DNA from: Candidatus Campbellbacteria bacterium
GTDB taxonomy: Bacteria; Patescibacteriota; Minisyncoccia; Phycocordibacterales; EsbW-18
Length of the DNA: 64,000 nucleotides
Direction: 5' to 3'
Assembly (NCBI GenBank): GCA_024653945.1
Contig: JANLIT010000002.1
Coordinates: 11,940-75,939 of the forward strand
This document shows positions 28,001 to 36,912 of this stretch, in pieces. A model generated the notes under the pieces. The model was not told the DNA's origin. It did no database searches and worked only from the letters and a program-made list of their open reading frames with translations. The position numbers and the translations under genes were made by a program. Position 1 is the stretch's first letter. Each line of letters opens with the position of its first letter.

Positions 28001-28487
28001 CGGATACGGCTTCTTCTTGAGTAGAAACTGGTGTCACTGTTTCTGGACTAACGGGAACGCTCTCTTTTTCCAGAGAGACGGTGAGTATCCCCGCATTGAT
28101 ACTAATTTTCTTAATTGGAGCATTAAATTTTTTCTCAAGATATTTTACGATACCCGGAATAAGATCGGGTAGATATTTAGTAAGCTTTCTTGTAACCAGT
28201 GCTCGTTTAACCATCCCTGCCCGAACTTTAAAATCACCCGCTTTTAGACGCTGACCATCACTTTCTAGTGATCCATCAACACCAAATTCACCCGCAAGAT
28301 CGTGAGTAAGCTCTGCAGAAATTGAGATTTTGTTTCCATCTCCACCAACCTTTAGTCCACGCACCTCTGCAAGCCCCTGCAGAAGAGTTCGAATCTCATT
28401 CTCCAGTTCTGGGGTAGTCAAAGATTCTTCTTTTAAAGTTTTTTCTTTTGCAGGTTCTTGAGGCAACTGTGGTCCTTCAAATGTCAT
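25068..28487 (-). CDS. 1139-aa protein with central membrane segment(s) and extended coiled-coil/charged regions; unknown function
   Basis: hydrophobic GIYFGAGFATRAMTGALLGTLGLPLAAAGMGGFM near the middle; 11-nt gap to the coupling-protein-like gene. Confidence 0.55.
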   Translation of the reverse strand: MTFEGPQLPQEPAKEKTLKEESLTTPELENEIRTLLQGLAEVRGLKVGGDGNKISISAELTHDLAGEFGVDGSLESDGQRLKAGDFKVRAGMVKRALVTRKLTKYLPDLIPGIVKYLEKKFNAPIKKISINAGILTVSLEKESVPVSPETVTPVSTQEEAVSEEVPTAVSVPETVNTAVIPEEEGDKFERIHKSFLQHFDETKIEPTVGETIVLPKEKREYLDSRRIGIENDETLSRKTKDEFLKLTDELEGIETDFRTKKLSSEELKEKRARKRHLLSILTTGVEVGITKEQIEGAHDAVKVIAEAPANLPIEEKPEKFPSVARLTQINEKFEKIFTGMRAEDLETVPGYSELTIGQKALVQENLQQIILGKIKEDAAAHGAEENKKAGFFGRFWRGITKGYQSAKLEKATAQDLQKAGIGEYRDVIEKLVTGTREVGLDAVFDKEGTLEVLYTNGIQAENEAEEETLRSFNTAAHVFTNIPTEWARETASRSERKKYEEAEKQFIQARANALLLLEAKNGSDRVTLAEQMNTIYARVRMDQLFSTHPEAEAQIQKITDEKVWVRSLKDIVTERGIYFGAGFATRAMTGALLGTLGLPLAAAGMGGFMARRRAQKTLKEQQAGARRGVDDTSTTAENIIHVDESKKKINHLIQRIENETDEAKKETLFSQLEERIYYTENKIYTSKMDFGTFNDRLKNQLDIVQAMSHASTFVASHEGVGDANHKAELEQRLDALTGLHEEKIKDSQKKFLRDQMVHGAIMGAGFSMAGYVLRHFAPDMFGWPKRAPEMFKSVSGNTELSENDIAMIPSRGTFHGIGPQDEIVYSKDAASTANIAEIIKSAHHADAVESGVFESAPHPELIDIERGGNIWNSAKELGERFHLDKKGFADAWSHSVAHLPDGREIPIAELNLVHEGDILQYVPAGNGEVAHFEFSNTSSINYSDVLHPDSTHGIEKIPSSGFEEGIVPNNVPEDVATEIPEDVVASDLAGSVEQGVNDTSTEYTETATLPEDTTGTIENLPFEEREGLGPLVSDNLSLEHLLSPEHIEHEMNRDMRAIFGTLKEEWSEWTQWKTMDARKVLEKMQFPDDTPAKKLQHYLMMLSRDSGLRPIGGIFRGEETTEAFIRRALAVVIQRENVG

Positions 28488-28491
28488 AGGT

Positions 28492-29304
28492 TTATTCTAA
28501 CATCGTTACAACTTCTGGTACGCCATCTGTGATAATGAGCGTATGTTCCCACTGCGCGGTTCGGGAACCATCAACTGTTTTGTATGTCCACTCGTCCTCA
28601 GCAATATCTACTTCACCGCTTCCTTCCGAGACCGTTGGTTCAATGGTAATCACCATCCCCGGCATTAATTTTTTCCCTTTGCTCTTTTGTGCGATATGAA
28701 AAATATGTGGTTCCTCGTGCACTGTGTGCCCCGTACCGTGTCCACCAAGTTCAGCAACAACCTCAAATCCTTCCTTGAGGATATATGGCTCTATTACATT
28801 TCCAATAGCACTAACATACGCTCCTGCACGCGCGACATCAATACCCTTGAAAAGCGCCTTTTTAGTCACTTCAATGAGTCGTTTGGCGGTAGCATCTACA
28901 GAACCGACGGGGACTGTGATGCACATATCTGCTATTCGCCCTTTGTGAATGAGGCCTGTATCCAAACTTACAATATCTCCTTCTTTCAAAATTCTATCTT
29001 TGCTCGGAATACCGTGCACCGCTTGGTTGTTTATTGAAACGCAGAGTGTTGCTGGATACGGAGATGGGGCACCCGCTGGTTTGTAATTTAAAAATGCTGG
29101 AATGTCACCACCCGCACGAATAAGGTCTTCGGCCATATCATTGAGTTCTTGTGTAGAAACACCTGGTGCAACCGCTTTGCCAATGGTATCCAAAATACGA
29201 GCAAGACGTTTCCCCGCAATGCGGATGAAATCTAAATCTTCAGGTGTTTTAATGAGAGACATATTTTCAATAGTGATGAACGTTGTACCGATATATCGGT
29301 ACAA
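28492..29304 (-). CDS. map: methionine aminopeptidase, type I
   Basis: metal ligands in HGIP..D.V.LD..........HTVHEEP..E...VITIEP context. Confidence 0.9.
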   Translation of the reverse strand: MYRYIGTTFITIENMSLIKTPEDLDFIRIAGKRLARILDTIGKAVAPGVSTQELNDMAEDLIRAGGDIPAFLNYKPAGAPSPYPATLCVSINNQAVHGIPSKDRILKEGDIVSLDTGLIHKGRIADMCITVPVGSVDATAKRLIEVTKKALFKGIDVARAGAYVSAIGNVIEPYILKEGFEVVAELGGHGTGHTVHEEPHIFHIAQKSKGKKLMPGMVITIEPTVSEGSGEVDIAEDEWTYKTVDGSRTAQWEHTLIITDGVPEVVTMLE

Positions 29305-29312
29305 CGTTATTT

Positions 29313-29906
29313 TTAGTTATTGGACAGTACGCTAACAATTTTTTCTTGCACCTCTTCAATCGTCCCCATACCGTCAATTTCAAGAAGCGTTCCTTGTTGT
29401 TTAAAGAAGTCCAGTGACCCTTGTGTGTTGTTTTGATACTCTTGGAGACGTTTTGTTATAATCGCTTCGTTGTCATCAGATCGTGTCTCAACTTGTGCTC
29501 GTCCTTTAATTCGCAAACGAAGTTCTTCATCGGGAATGTTGAGATACACAACCACATACGGTCGCTTCAAATAGCGCATCACCTCATCAAATAATTTTGC
29601 CTCCTCAAGTACACGAACCGCACCATCAAAAATAATTCCCTTATCATGACCGAGTGTAACCATTGCTGAAGTCCAGAGATATGACACAATCCAATGTGGA
29701 ACTAAAATTCCTTGGTCCATATCTTTTAAAATCTCTGCACCAATATCTGGATGTGACTGTGCAAGCGCCTTCAGATGTCCCGACGATGAAAAAACAGAAA
29801 ATCCTAATTTTTCTGAAAGCAGTTTTGCCTGCGTTCCCTTTCCAGAACCCGGCTTTCCAAGAATGACGATGGTGTTATATTGCATGCCTTCAGTATACCC
29901 GAGCAC
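29313..29906 (-). CDS. adk: adenylate kinase (short form, no zinc lid)
   Basis: P-loop ILGKPGSGKGTQA; ..GFLLDGFPR-like ..GIIFDGAVR. Confidence 0.9.
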   Translation of the reverse strand: MLGYTEGMQYNTIVILGKPGSGKGTQAKLLSEKLGFSVFSSSGHLKALAQSHPDIGAEILKDMDQGILVPHWIVSYLWTSAMVTLGHDKGIIFDGAVRVLEEAKLFDEVMRYLKRPYVVVYLNIPDEELRLRIKGRAQVETRSDDNEAIITKRLQEYQNNTQGSLDFFKQQGTLLEIDGMGTIEEVQEKIVSVLSNN

Positions 29907-30107
29907 TAACCCAAATAGAAACGGTTAGTGCTGGGCGAGCCTAAGCGAGGTTTAACCTCGCTAACCTCGGAAGTGCTTGTGACTTATAGTTACGACCGTA
30001 GCCATAAGTCACATTGAAATTGTGTCCGTAAGGTCGAACCTTACGTTTCTGAGGTAAATAAAAGAGCCGCCCGAGAGCGAGCGGCTCGTTGGGCGGCGGG
30101 TGGATAC

Positions 30108-30503
30108 CTACAGGATCGATTCCTCCTGAAAGGTGGGGATGTCCATACTCATGTTGTGCAACTCCTCGGCACCCCATGTTTGTGATTCTGTGTCGGTGTG
30201 GTGCGGACCACGGTCCTTGTGCCGAATAGCCCGTACAACGACCCACTGCTCGTCCTTAAAGTGCCACCGCGGATCCTTCTGTTTCGTGAACCACATTCCG
30301 ACTTCTCCGCCAGGAATCTTGAAGGAAACGACGACAAACTGTCTTCCTTCAGATTCCTCTTCTGTGGAGGTCATCGCCAGCACAACTGGCAACACGATGC
30401 GCCATTCGAAGACGCGATCCTGGTTGATGATCGCAGTAAGCACCATCAGGCCAAGCCGTTCCGGCACCGAGAACTGTGTTTCTTTTCCACGAATCTGCAC
30501 CAT
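30108..30503 (-). CDS. island hypothetical protein (131 aa)
   Basis: SD AAAGGAGAAG 8 nt before the ATG; terminator hairpin with T-run just downstream. Confidence 0.4.
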   Translation of the reverse strand: MVQIRGKETQFSVPERLGLMVLTAIINQDRVFEWRIVLPVVLAMTSTEEESEGRQFVVVSFKIPGGEVGMWFTKQKDPRWHFKDEQWVVVRAIRHKDRGPHHTDTESQTWGAEELHNMSMDIPTFQEESIL

Positions 30504-30746
30504 GGCGCTTCTCCTTTCCGGAGTAGACCGACAGGATTGTCGGCAGGCCTTTCCGGCCGTTTGGTACTGCTACCCGAACACTCGTCGGGGTTAATCTGGC
30601 AACACACTATGCTTATCTGCAAAGAAAGTCAAACCAAACGTCCCGCTTTCTCGGTCCTGTTGTGTTGGACACTGAGTGTCCAACACTCGGATACTGGAAA
30701 CAAAAGAGCCGCCCGAGAGCAAACGGCTCTTTGGACAGCCCAGACC

Positions 30747-31007
30747 CTACTTGGAAAGGATGGCAACTCCGATTATCAACTTCCGAGTAGCACCCCTATC
30801 TCGCAGAGTCCTCGATTTCTTGATCTTCTTCAAACTAAGGATTGCGTGGTGTTGCTTGCCCTCCTCATCTTGGACACTCAAATGCAGAGTTCCCATACCG
30901 CCCTCGAAAAGCCAGTTGGCAAGAGCAGAAGAAACAACCTCCTGCCCACCCAAAAGCGTTCCCGCGATACCAATGTTGCTCTGTGCGGTTACTTTTGGAT
31001 ATAGCAT
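30747..31007 (-). CDS. island hypothetical protein (~86 aa from the internal ATG MLYPKV..)
   Basis: SD AAAAAGGAGAAGG before the ATG at 31007; terminator hairpin downstream. Confidence 0.4.
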   Translation of the reverse strand: MLYPKVTAQSNIGIAGTLLGGQEVVSSALANWLFEGGMGTLHLSVQDEEGKQHHAILSLKKIKKSRTLRDRGATRKLIIGVAILSK

Positions 31008-31152
31008 TTCCTTCTCCTTTTTCCAAGGTCTATAGTTAAACAAATTCTGATAGGACAATACGCTTCTAGATAAGCAAAGTCAAACCAAACGTCCTTGTAT
31101 TTAAAGTCCCGCCCAGACATTGTCTGGGCGGGGCGTCGTACGAAGCGAGTCT

Positions 31153-31230
31153 CTATTTTTGAAAGACTTTGTAGGCACGGCGGTGCCGGAAAGAGAAAAC
31201 CGCCACCGGGCGGTTTTCGTGCTTTCAAAA
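31153..31230. repeat. palindromic terminator element directly 3' of secY
   Basis: ctatttttgaaagactttgtaggcacggcggtgccggaaagagaaaaccgccaccgggcggttttcgtgctttcaaaaata. Confidence 0.65.
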
Positions 31231-31249
31231 ATATGAGACGAGTGAAGAG

Positions 31250-32533
31250 CTAGTATTCACGTAATGACACTTGCGCGTCAATCTTTTTCACCAAATCAAT
31301 AATAACCGAGACGGCGATGAGGAGCCCTGTACCACCAACTGCAAGAGAGGTAATGCCAGTCAAACCTTGCATAATGAGAGGCAAAATAGCGATAACACCC
31401 AGAAATGAAGCGCCGAGAAGGGTTAACCGAGTGAGAATGTTTGCAATGTGTTCGGATGTTGATTGACCTGGGCGAACACCGGGAATAAACGCACCGCCCC
31501 GCTGAAGATTCTTTGAAATGGCATCTGGATCAAAGGTAACCGCGGTGTAAAAATACGTAAACAAAAACACAAGAAGGAAGTACGCGACACCGTACGACCA
31601 CCCATTATTCAAAAACCACTGCACGCCAGCAACCATCTTCTGCACGATTGGATTAGCAACTCCCGCAAGAAAGTTTGCAATCATACCTGGAAACAAGAGG
31701 ATGGAAAGCGCAAAAATGATTGGCATCACACCCGCTTGGTTCACGCGAAGTGGTAGGTATGTTGACACACCTCCGTATACTTTGTTGCCACGAATTTGTT
31801 TTGCGTAGGTAACAGGAATTGGTCGTTCTGCCTCTGTTACAATCACAACACCAATAACAATGATGAGTCCAACAACCAGAAAGGCGAGGTACATTGGCAA
31901 CTGTTCGGGTGTGAATGAAAATACGGTTGTTTGTAATGCGCTTGGAATACGTGACACAATACCTGCAAAGATGATGAGTGACATTCCGTTACCAATGCCA
32001 AATTCAGAAATAAGTTCACCAACCCACATGAGGAGTACCGAGCCCGCAACAATCACGATAATGTTGGTGATGAGTGACAAAGATGAGAGATCACCTATAA
32101 CCCCGTTTCGTTGGAGTAGTGTAATAAATCCAAATGCAGAGAGGGCGGCAAGTGGAACAGTGAGCAACCTAGAGTATTGTGCAATACGACGTCGTCCCGC
32201 CTCCCCTTCTTCATGAAACATCGCCTTGAGTTGTGGTGAAAGAATGGTGAGCAACTGCATGATGATTGAACCAGTGATGTATGGACCAACTCCGAGCATC
32301 ACAATTGAAAGACCTGAAAGTCCTCCTCCTGAAAAAAGGTTGAGAAGACCGAAAAATTGATTGTTTGCAAAAAACTGAGAAAGCGCATTAATATCAACAC
32401 CTGGAATTGGAATTGCGGCAAACACGCGCGTCAGTGCGAGTCCTGCAATAACAAAAAGAATGCGAGTTCGCAATTGGCGATCCCCCATAATAATGGAAAA
32501 TTTTTGTACAAAGTTTTTCATCATACGTAACAA
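31250..32533 (-). CDS. secY: preprotein translocase subunit SecY
   Basis: 10-TM SecY; likely true start is the MMKNF ATG near 32524. Confidence 0.9.
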   Translation of the reverse strand: MLRMMKNFVQKFSIIMGDRQLRTRILFVIAGLALTRVFAAIPIPGVDINALSQFFANNQFFGLLNLFSGGGLSGLSIVMLGVGPYITGSIIMQLLTILSPQLKAMFHEEGEAGRRRIAQYSRLLTVPLAALSAFGFITLLQRNGVIGDLSSLSLITNIIVIVAGSVLLMWVGELISEFGIGNGMSLIIFAGIVSRIPSALQTTVFSFTPEQLPMYLAFLVVGLIIVIGVVIVTEAERPIPVTYAKQIRGNKVYGGVSTYLPLRVNQAGVMPIIFALSILLFPGMIANFLAGVANPIVQKMVAGVQWFLNNGWSYGVAYFLLVFLFTYFYTAVTFDPDAISKNLQRGGAFIPGVRPGQSTSEHIANILTRLTLLGASFLGVIAILPLIMQGLTGITSLAVGGTGLLIAVSVIIDLVKKIDAQVSLREY

Positions 32534-32539
32534 TGTGCG

Positions 32540-32989
32540 TTATGCAACCGAACCTCCTGCCTTTTCAATACTTTCGCGCGCGGTGGCTGAGACAGTAACA
32601 CCGGAAACAACAAGCTTCTTGGTGAGTGCTCCCGTACCAAGAATCTTAACAATTGGATTATTACCCTCACGTGCACGAAGCACTTTCTTTGCAACAAGTG
32701 TCTGTGGAGTGACAGTGTCACCCGCATTGAATACTGCTTCAAGAACTGAAAGATTTACTGGAAAAGGCTTGCGACGATTGTCGTTTATGCTGTCTGCGCG
32801 GTGTTTACCGTATCCACGACGCTTTGGAAGCTTCTGAATCATGTCACGAAACTCTGGGCGAATGCGGTGTCCTGCGCGTGCCTTCTGTCCTTTGGTTCCA
32901 CGTCCTGACGTTTTACCACGCTTGCCACCACGACCAACGCGTTTGCCGGTCTTGTGTACTGTTTTTCTTTTGAGATTGTGGAGTTGCAT
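32540..32989 (-). CDS. rplO: 50S ribosomal protein L15
   Basis: MQLHNLKRK..GKRVGRGG.RGKTSGRG.KGQKAR. Confidence 0.9.
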   Translation of the reverse strand: MQLHNLKRKTVHKTGKRVGRGGKRGKTSGRGTKGQKARAGHRIRPEFRDMIQKLPKRRGYGKHRADSINDNRRKPFPVNLSVLEAVFNAGDTVTPQTLVAKKVLRAREGNNPIVKILGTGALTKKLVVSGVTVSATARESIEKAGGSVA

Positions 32990-32994
32990 AGTTG

Positions 32995-33078
32995 TGTAAA
33001 TCCGAAATTCGAATATCGAAATCCGAAAGAATATTTAATTTGTTTCGTGCTTCGTGCTTCGTGCTTCGTGCTTTGGTT
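32995..33078. repeat. r-protein leader repeat (short variant) upstream of rplO
   Basis: aaatccgaaattcgaatatcgaaatccgaaag..(ttcgtgc)x4. Confidence 0.55.
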
Positions 33079-33733
33079 TTTGTACGTTGTGCGTCTTAAT
33101 TTTCTTCGTGAGTTGTGAGAGTGCTTTAATTGTTGCGGTTGCGTTGTTGAGTTTGTTCTTACTACGAGAAAGAATCTTTGCACCAACACCACGAACTCCT
33201 GCGAGTTCAAGCACATCACGTACTGCACCTCCAGCAATAATACCGCGTCCTGGTGCTGGATAAAGCTTTACAATACCACTACTGTACTTCACTTGTACTT
33301 CGTGTGGAATTGAGCCGTCTTCAGTTTGTGAAATAACAATTTTATTTTTGAGTGCGCTTCGGTATGCCTTCTCTACTGCAAGTGCTGTGTCGCCCGCCTT
33401 ACCTGTGCCTACACCAACGGCACCACGGTGGTTTCCCGCAACAACACACACGCTGAAGCTAAAACGACGTCCTCCAGCAACCACACGAGTCACACGGCGA
33501 ATATCAATGATGCGCTGATCAAATTCAGGTTTAATACGGGGTGCGCGTCCGCGAGGAGTGCGACGAGAATTTTTCTGCATACGTCGGTCTTCACGTGATG
33601 CATTTACTGGCGCACTTCCTTTTGGAGCCACTACAACAACGTCTGCCTCAATGTCGGCAGCAAGTGTGTCCTCCACAACAGCGACCTCTGTTGTTTCAAT
33701 CTCGTTTTCTTTTGTACGAATATCGTCGGGCAT
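33035..33733 (-). CDS. rpsE: 30S ribosomal protein S5, with ~70-aa N-terminal extension
   Basis: core ..VTRVVAGGRRFSFSVCVVAGNHRGAVGVGTGKA..; no L30 gene between this and rplO. Confidence 0.9.
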   Translation of the reverse strand: MPDDIRTKENEIETTEVAVVEDTLAADIEADVVVVAPKGSAPVNASREDRRMQKNSRRTPRGRAPRIKPEFDQRIIDIRRVTRVVAGGRRFSFSVCVVAGNHRGAVGVGTGKAGDTALAVEKAYRSALKNKIVISQTEDGSIPHEVQVKYSSGIVKLYPAPGRGIIAGGAVRDVLELAGVRGVGAKILSRSKNKLNNATATIKALSQLTKKIKTHNVQKPKHEARSTKHETN

Positions 33734-33804
33734 AAATAATGGAAGTTGGAGGTTTGAGGTTAGAGGTTGGATGAGTTAGTGATTAGTTTTAGTTTGGTTA
33801 TTTG

Positions 33805-33824
33805 CCTGCCTGCCGGCAGGCAGG
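33805..33824. repeat. perfect 20-bp GC palindrome CCTGCCTGCCGGCAGGCAGG in the rpsE leader
   Basis: identical copy at 41223-41242. Confidence 0.6.
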
Positions 33825-33864
33825 AAATTTGATATTTGATATTGTTTCGTGTTTTGTACTTTTT

Positions 33865-34212
33865 TTAGAACTTTAATCCTCCTTTACGTGCACCATCTGC
33901 AACTTCTTTAATGACACCCGTGTATGCAAATCCTCCTCGATCAAATACTACAGCTGTAATCTTTTTTGTAAGTGATGTCTTTGCAACAATTTCTCCGAGT
34001 TCAAATGCTTTTTCTTTTGCAGTTCCCTTCTTCATTCCCTTTGTCGTACCGGCAACAAGCGTCATTCCTTTTGTATCATCAATAACTTGAAGCGTTGTGA
34101 ATCGATTTGATTTAAACACAGCCAAACGTGGGCGTACTGATGTACCAGAAATCTTCGCGCGGATACGTCCTTGTCGTCGAACTCGTTTTTCTTTTTTTGT
34201 TGGGGCTTTCAT
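33865..34212 (-). CDS. rplR: 50S ribosomal protein L18
   Basis: ..RPRLAVFKSNRFTTLQVIDD.. Confidence 0.9.
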   Translation of the reverse strand: MKAPTKKEKRVRRQGRIRAKISGTSVRPRLAVFKSNRFTTLQVIDDTKGMTLVAGTTKGMKKGTAKEKAFELGEIVAKTSLTKKITAVVFDRGGFAYTGVIKEVADGARKGGLKF

Positions 34213-34300
34213 ATAAAGTTGAAGTTGGAAGTTTGAGGTTGGGAGTTGGTTTTTGTTTTCTTTGTTATTTGCTATTTGTCATTTGCTATTTCCCCTTACT

Positions 34301-34834
34301 CTACGCTGCTCGTTTTCCTTCCTTACGACGAACCACTTCGTCAGAGTATCGGATTCCCTTTCCTTTGTATGGTTCTGGCACTTTTTGGGAACGAATTGTT
34401 GCAGCAAATTGTCCGAGAAGTTCTTTGTCTATAGAAGAAAGGGAGAGTGTGTTTTTCTCAATAGTGAGCGTAAGACCTTCAGGAATTGGGAGAACAACAG
34501 GATGTGAAAAACCAAGTTGCATGACCAAATCTTTTCCTTTCACTTCTGCGCGGTACCCAACTCCTTCAACAATAAGTTTTTTCTCGTAGAGTTTGTTGAC
34601 ACCCGCAACCATGTTCTTGATGTGTGATGCGTATGTTCCCCACAATGCTGACCACATTTCTGGATGCTCCTTTGGAGCAAGTGTCACCACGCCATCTGCA
34701 ACAGAAATGGAAATGTCGCTCTTGAACGTTCGGTGTAATTCACCAAGTGGTCCTTTTACGACAACGCTACCGTCAACAACAGTAATTTCTGTTTTTGGGG
34801 GAATTGTAATGTGTTGTTTGCCGATGCGGGACAT
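34301..34834 (-). CDS. rplF: 50S ribosomal protein L6
   Basis: MSRIGKQHITIP..V.V.GPLGEL. Confidence 0.9.
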   Translation of the reverse strand: MSRIGKQHITIPPKTEITVVDGSVVVKGPLGELHRTFKSDISISVADGVVTLAPKEHPEMWSALWGTYASHIKNMVAGVNKLYEKKLIVEGVGYRAEVKGKDLVMQLGFSHPVVLPIPEGLTLTIEKNTLSLSSIDKELLGQFAATIRSQKVPEPYKGKGIRYSDEVVRRKEGKRAA

Positions 34835-34835
34835 A

Positions 34836-34970
34836 CTATTTTTAAATTCGAAATACGAATATCGAAATTCGAAACAAATTCGAAGTTATAGATTTTAAAG
34901 TTTTAAGCATTTGAATATTCATATTTTGTGCTTGTTTCGAGCTTCGTGCTTCGATATTCGTGCTTATCTT
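34836..34970. repeat. ~130-bp r-protein leader repeat upstream of rplF
   Basis: tttttaaattcgaaatacgaatatcgaaattcgaaacaa...catttgaatattcatattttgtgcttgtttcgagcttcgtgcttcgatattcgtgcttat. Confidence 0.65.
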
Positions 34971-35363
34971 CTACCAGATCATAAAAAGCACTTCTCCTCC
35001 AACCTTCGCCTTTCGAGCTTGCTGACCAGTCATAACGCCTTCTGGTGTTGAAAGAATGAGGTGTCCATAGCCGTTCTTCACTGGGTACACTTCTGTTGAG
35101 CCAATGTAGACACGACGAGAGGGTTTTGAAAGACGTTTTACTCCGTGAATGAGTGCGTCACCGTTTTCATCAAATGCGAGCGTTGCTTCAATTTTGTTTG
35201 TTTTCTTTCCTTTGTGGTCAACGTTTGCAAGGTATCCTTCTTTTTTGAGAACAACTGCAACAGCGTCTTTAAGACGTGAGTGCGGAACAGAGACGGTCTC
35301 AACACCAACACGTGCTGCGTTTTGAAGAGCTGTTATGAAGTTTGCGAGTGGGTCGGTGGTCAT
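34971..35363 (-). CDS. rpsH: 30S ribosomal protein S8
   Basis: MTTDPLANFITALQNA..; C-terminal ..GGEVLFMIW. Confidence 0.9.
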   Translation of the reverse strand: MTTDPLANFITALQNAARVGVETVSVPHSRLKDAVAVVLKKEGYLANVDHKGKKTNKIEATLAFDENGDALIHGVKRLSKPSRRVYIGSTEVYPVKNGYGHLILSTPEGVMTGQQARKAKVGGEVLFMIW

Positions 35364-35414
35364 GGTAGTAAGTAGTATGTAGAAAGTAGTAGGTAGAAAG
35401 TAGTAAGCAAAAAA

Positions 35415-35684
35415 TTACCAAGATGCCTTCTTAATACCTGGAATCATTCCTTTATTTGCAAGTTCGCGGAAACAAATACGACAGAGACCGAATTCGCGCA
35501 TGTATCCTCGTGGGCGACCACATTTAAAACAACGGTTTTTTGTTCGAACTGGAGATGCGTTCTTGCGCAATGCCTGAAGACCCTCGTAATCGTGGGCCTC
35601 TTTCAATGCAGTTCGCTTTGGAGCGGATTTTGCCTGCATCACTGCTCTTTTTTTGTCTCGTGCAATAATTGCTTTTCGGGCCAT
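35415..35684 (-). CDS. rpsN: 30S ribosomal protein S14 (zinc-ribbon type, CxxC..CxxC)
   Basis: [13 protein letters not shown]...[38 protein letters not shown]; ATG at 35684 (track ORF starts at 35726). Confidence 0.85.
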   Translation of the reverse strand: MARKAIIARDKKRAVMQAKSAPKRTALKEAHDYEGLQALRKNASPVRTKNRCFKCGRPRGYMREFGLCRICFRELANKGMIPGIKKASW

Positions 35685-35912
35685 ATACTTTTTTCCAAAA
35701 AAAATTCTGCCTCTCGATGTGTCCATGGACCAATTCGGACGAATTGGCCGGCTGACAGATAACGAGGCGGTGGTCTCCTCCGGCGCCTATTGGCTCTGAG
35801 AGGACAAGCTCCCTATTTAGAAGCCCCACCATACTACCAGAAGTCTCCAAAAAGGGCAAGAAAAAGAGAAGCCCCGCTAGCACAAAGTGCGCCGGCGGGG
35901 CGGAAAGAACAA

Positions 35913-36761
35913 CTACTTTGACCAGGATTGTCTGCCCTTTGCCGAAGCAATTCGGCACCACAACAGGGATTGGGCTATGAGCCGATTTCGATGCCGTCGC
36001 TCTTCCTCATCACGAAGGTCTCTTGGTGTCTTGTGCTTACCACCACCGAGGAGAGCCCCAACGGCAAGGCTGTTTATCAACCACTGTTCCTTGTATTTCC
36101 CGAACAATTCATCCGACACAAATTCAAGGTAGTGGAGAATCTGAGACGCTTGATCTCGTTCAGAAATCTTCCTGCTCTTTTCCTTTTCGGATGGTAGCCG
36201 AGTTCCACCGGTAAACGTGAGCATATCGGCAGAACCCCAAAGCGCAAGTGCTCGAACCAGTGGCCCTGATTCCTGATAGTGGAAGTGCCACGGGCGCCCG
36301 TTCGTCCTAGGACCCACTAGAAGCATGGATATCGCTTCTCTCCAGGTGTGAAATTCCTTGCAGAGAAACTGCTGGATTCGAGACGGGTACGGAGGACGTA
36401 GCAGACATTCGTGCACAACCCCAAAGAACGAAATGAGGTCATTACGAAGAATGGCCGACCCTTCTTCCTTTTCGTCTCGAGAAAGCAGGTAGGTCTTGCC
36501 CAAAACCTCATCTGAAGCGATGACTCTGCGTGCTGTGTCCGCGACCCTGCCCTCTTCACCAACTTCGCGAAACACATTGAGCAGAAAGCGGGCCTTGTCT
36601 TTGAACAACTGACGCCCTTCCTCATCCCCTTCGATGGGCGGGTCATTCCAAAGACTGCCACAGGCGTAGAGCAGGCCTATGGCCTCCGCTTCCGTACTGA
36701 CCCTCTGCCAGCACTCCTCGAACTGCTCCCACGTACTAATGACCAACAACTCTTTTTTCAC
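35913..36761 (-). CDS. GC-rich (~58%) 282-aa hypothetical protein inserted between rplE and rpsN
   Basis: GTG start with SD AAAGGAGATCCACC; composition step relative to the flanking r-protein genes. Confidence 0.5.
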   Translation of the reverse strand: MKKELLVISTWEQFEECWQRVSTEAEAIGLLYACGSLWNDPPIEGDEEGRQLFKDKARFLLNVFREVGEEGRVADTARRVIASDEVLGKTYLLSRDEKEEGSAILRNDLISFFGVVHECLLRPPYPSRIQQFLCKEFHTWREAISMLLVGPRTNGRPWHFHYQESGPLVRALALWGSADMLTFTGGTRLPSEKEKSRKISERDQASQILHYLEFVSDELFGKYKEQWLINSLAVGALLGGGKHKTPRDLRDEEERRHRNRLIAQSLLWCRIASAKGRQSWSK

Positions 36762-36854
36762 GGTGGATCTCCTTTCTATAGTGTCGCTCGATGTTTGAGC
36801 GACGGGTCGATCCGCCGTTTATTCTCCACACACAGACACACAAGTCAAGCTACG

Positions 36855-36897
36855 AAGAAAACCGCCTGCTGGCGGTTTTCGTGCTTCTACAAAATAT
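36855..36897. repeat. partial palindromic terminator element directly 3' of rplE
   Basis: gaaaaccgcctgctggcggttttcgtgcttctacaaaatatgag; shares the ttcgtgctt..aaaatatgagacgag tail with 31200-31240. Confidence 0.55.
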
Positions 36898-36912
36898 GAG
36901 ACGAGCGGAGAG

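Larger units (their letters stand above)
29910..31150. other. GC-rich (~57%) inserted island between adk and secY carrying two SD-led small genes, each followed by a gagccgcccgagagc..cggctc terminator and preceded by a perfect palindrome
   Basis: compositional step; repeated modules aaagagccgcccgagagcRaRcggctc (30062, 30704) and aagtcaaaccaaacgtcc (30625, 31070); palindromes tgttggacactgagtgtccaaca (~30662) and gccccgcccagacaatgtctgggcggggc (~31105). Confidence 0.6.

Noticed and set aside
30198-31004. 268-aa + strand ORF across the GC-rich island
   Set aside because: It runs through two terminator hairpins and both palindromic operators. The minus-strand SD-led ORFs with downstream terminators are a better explanation. 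High GC keeps many frames open.
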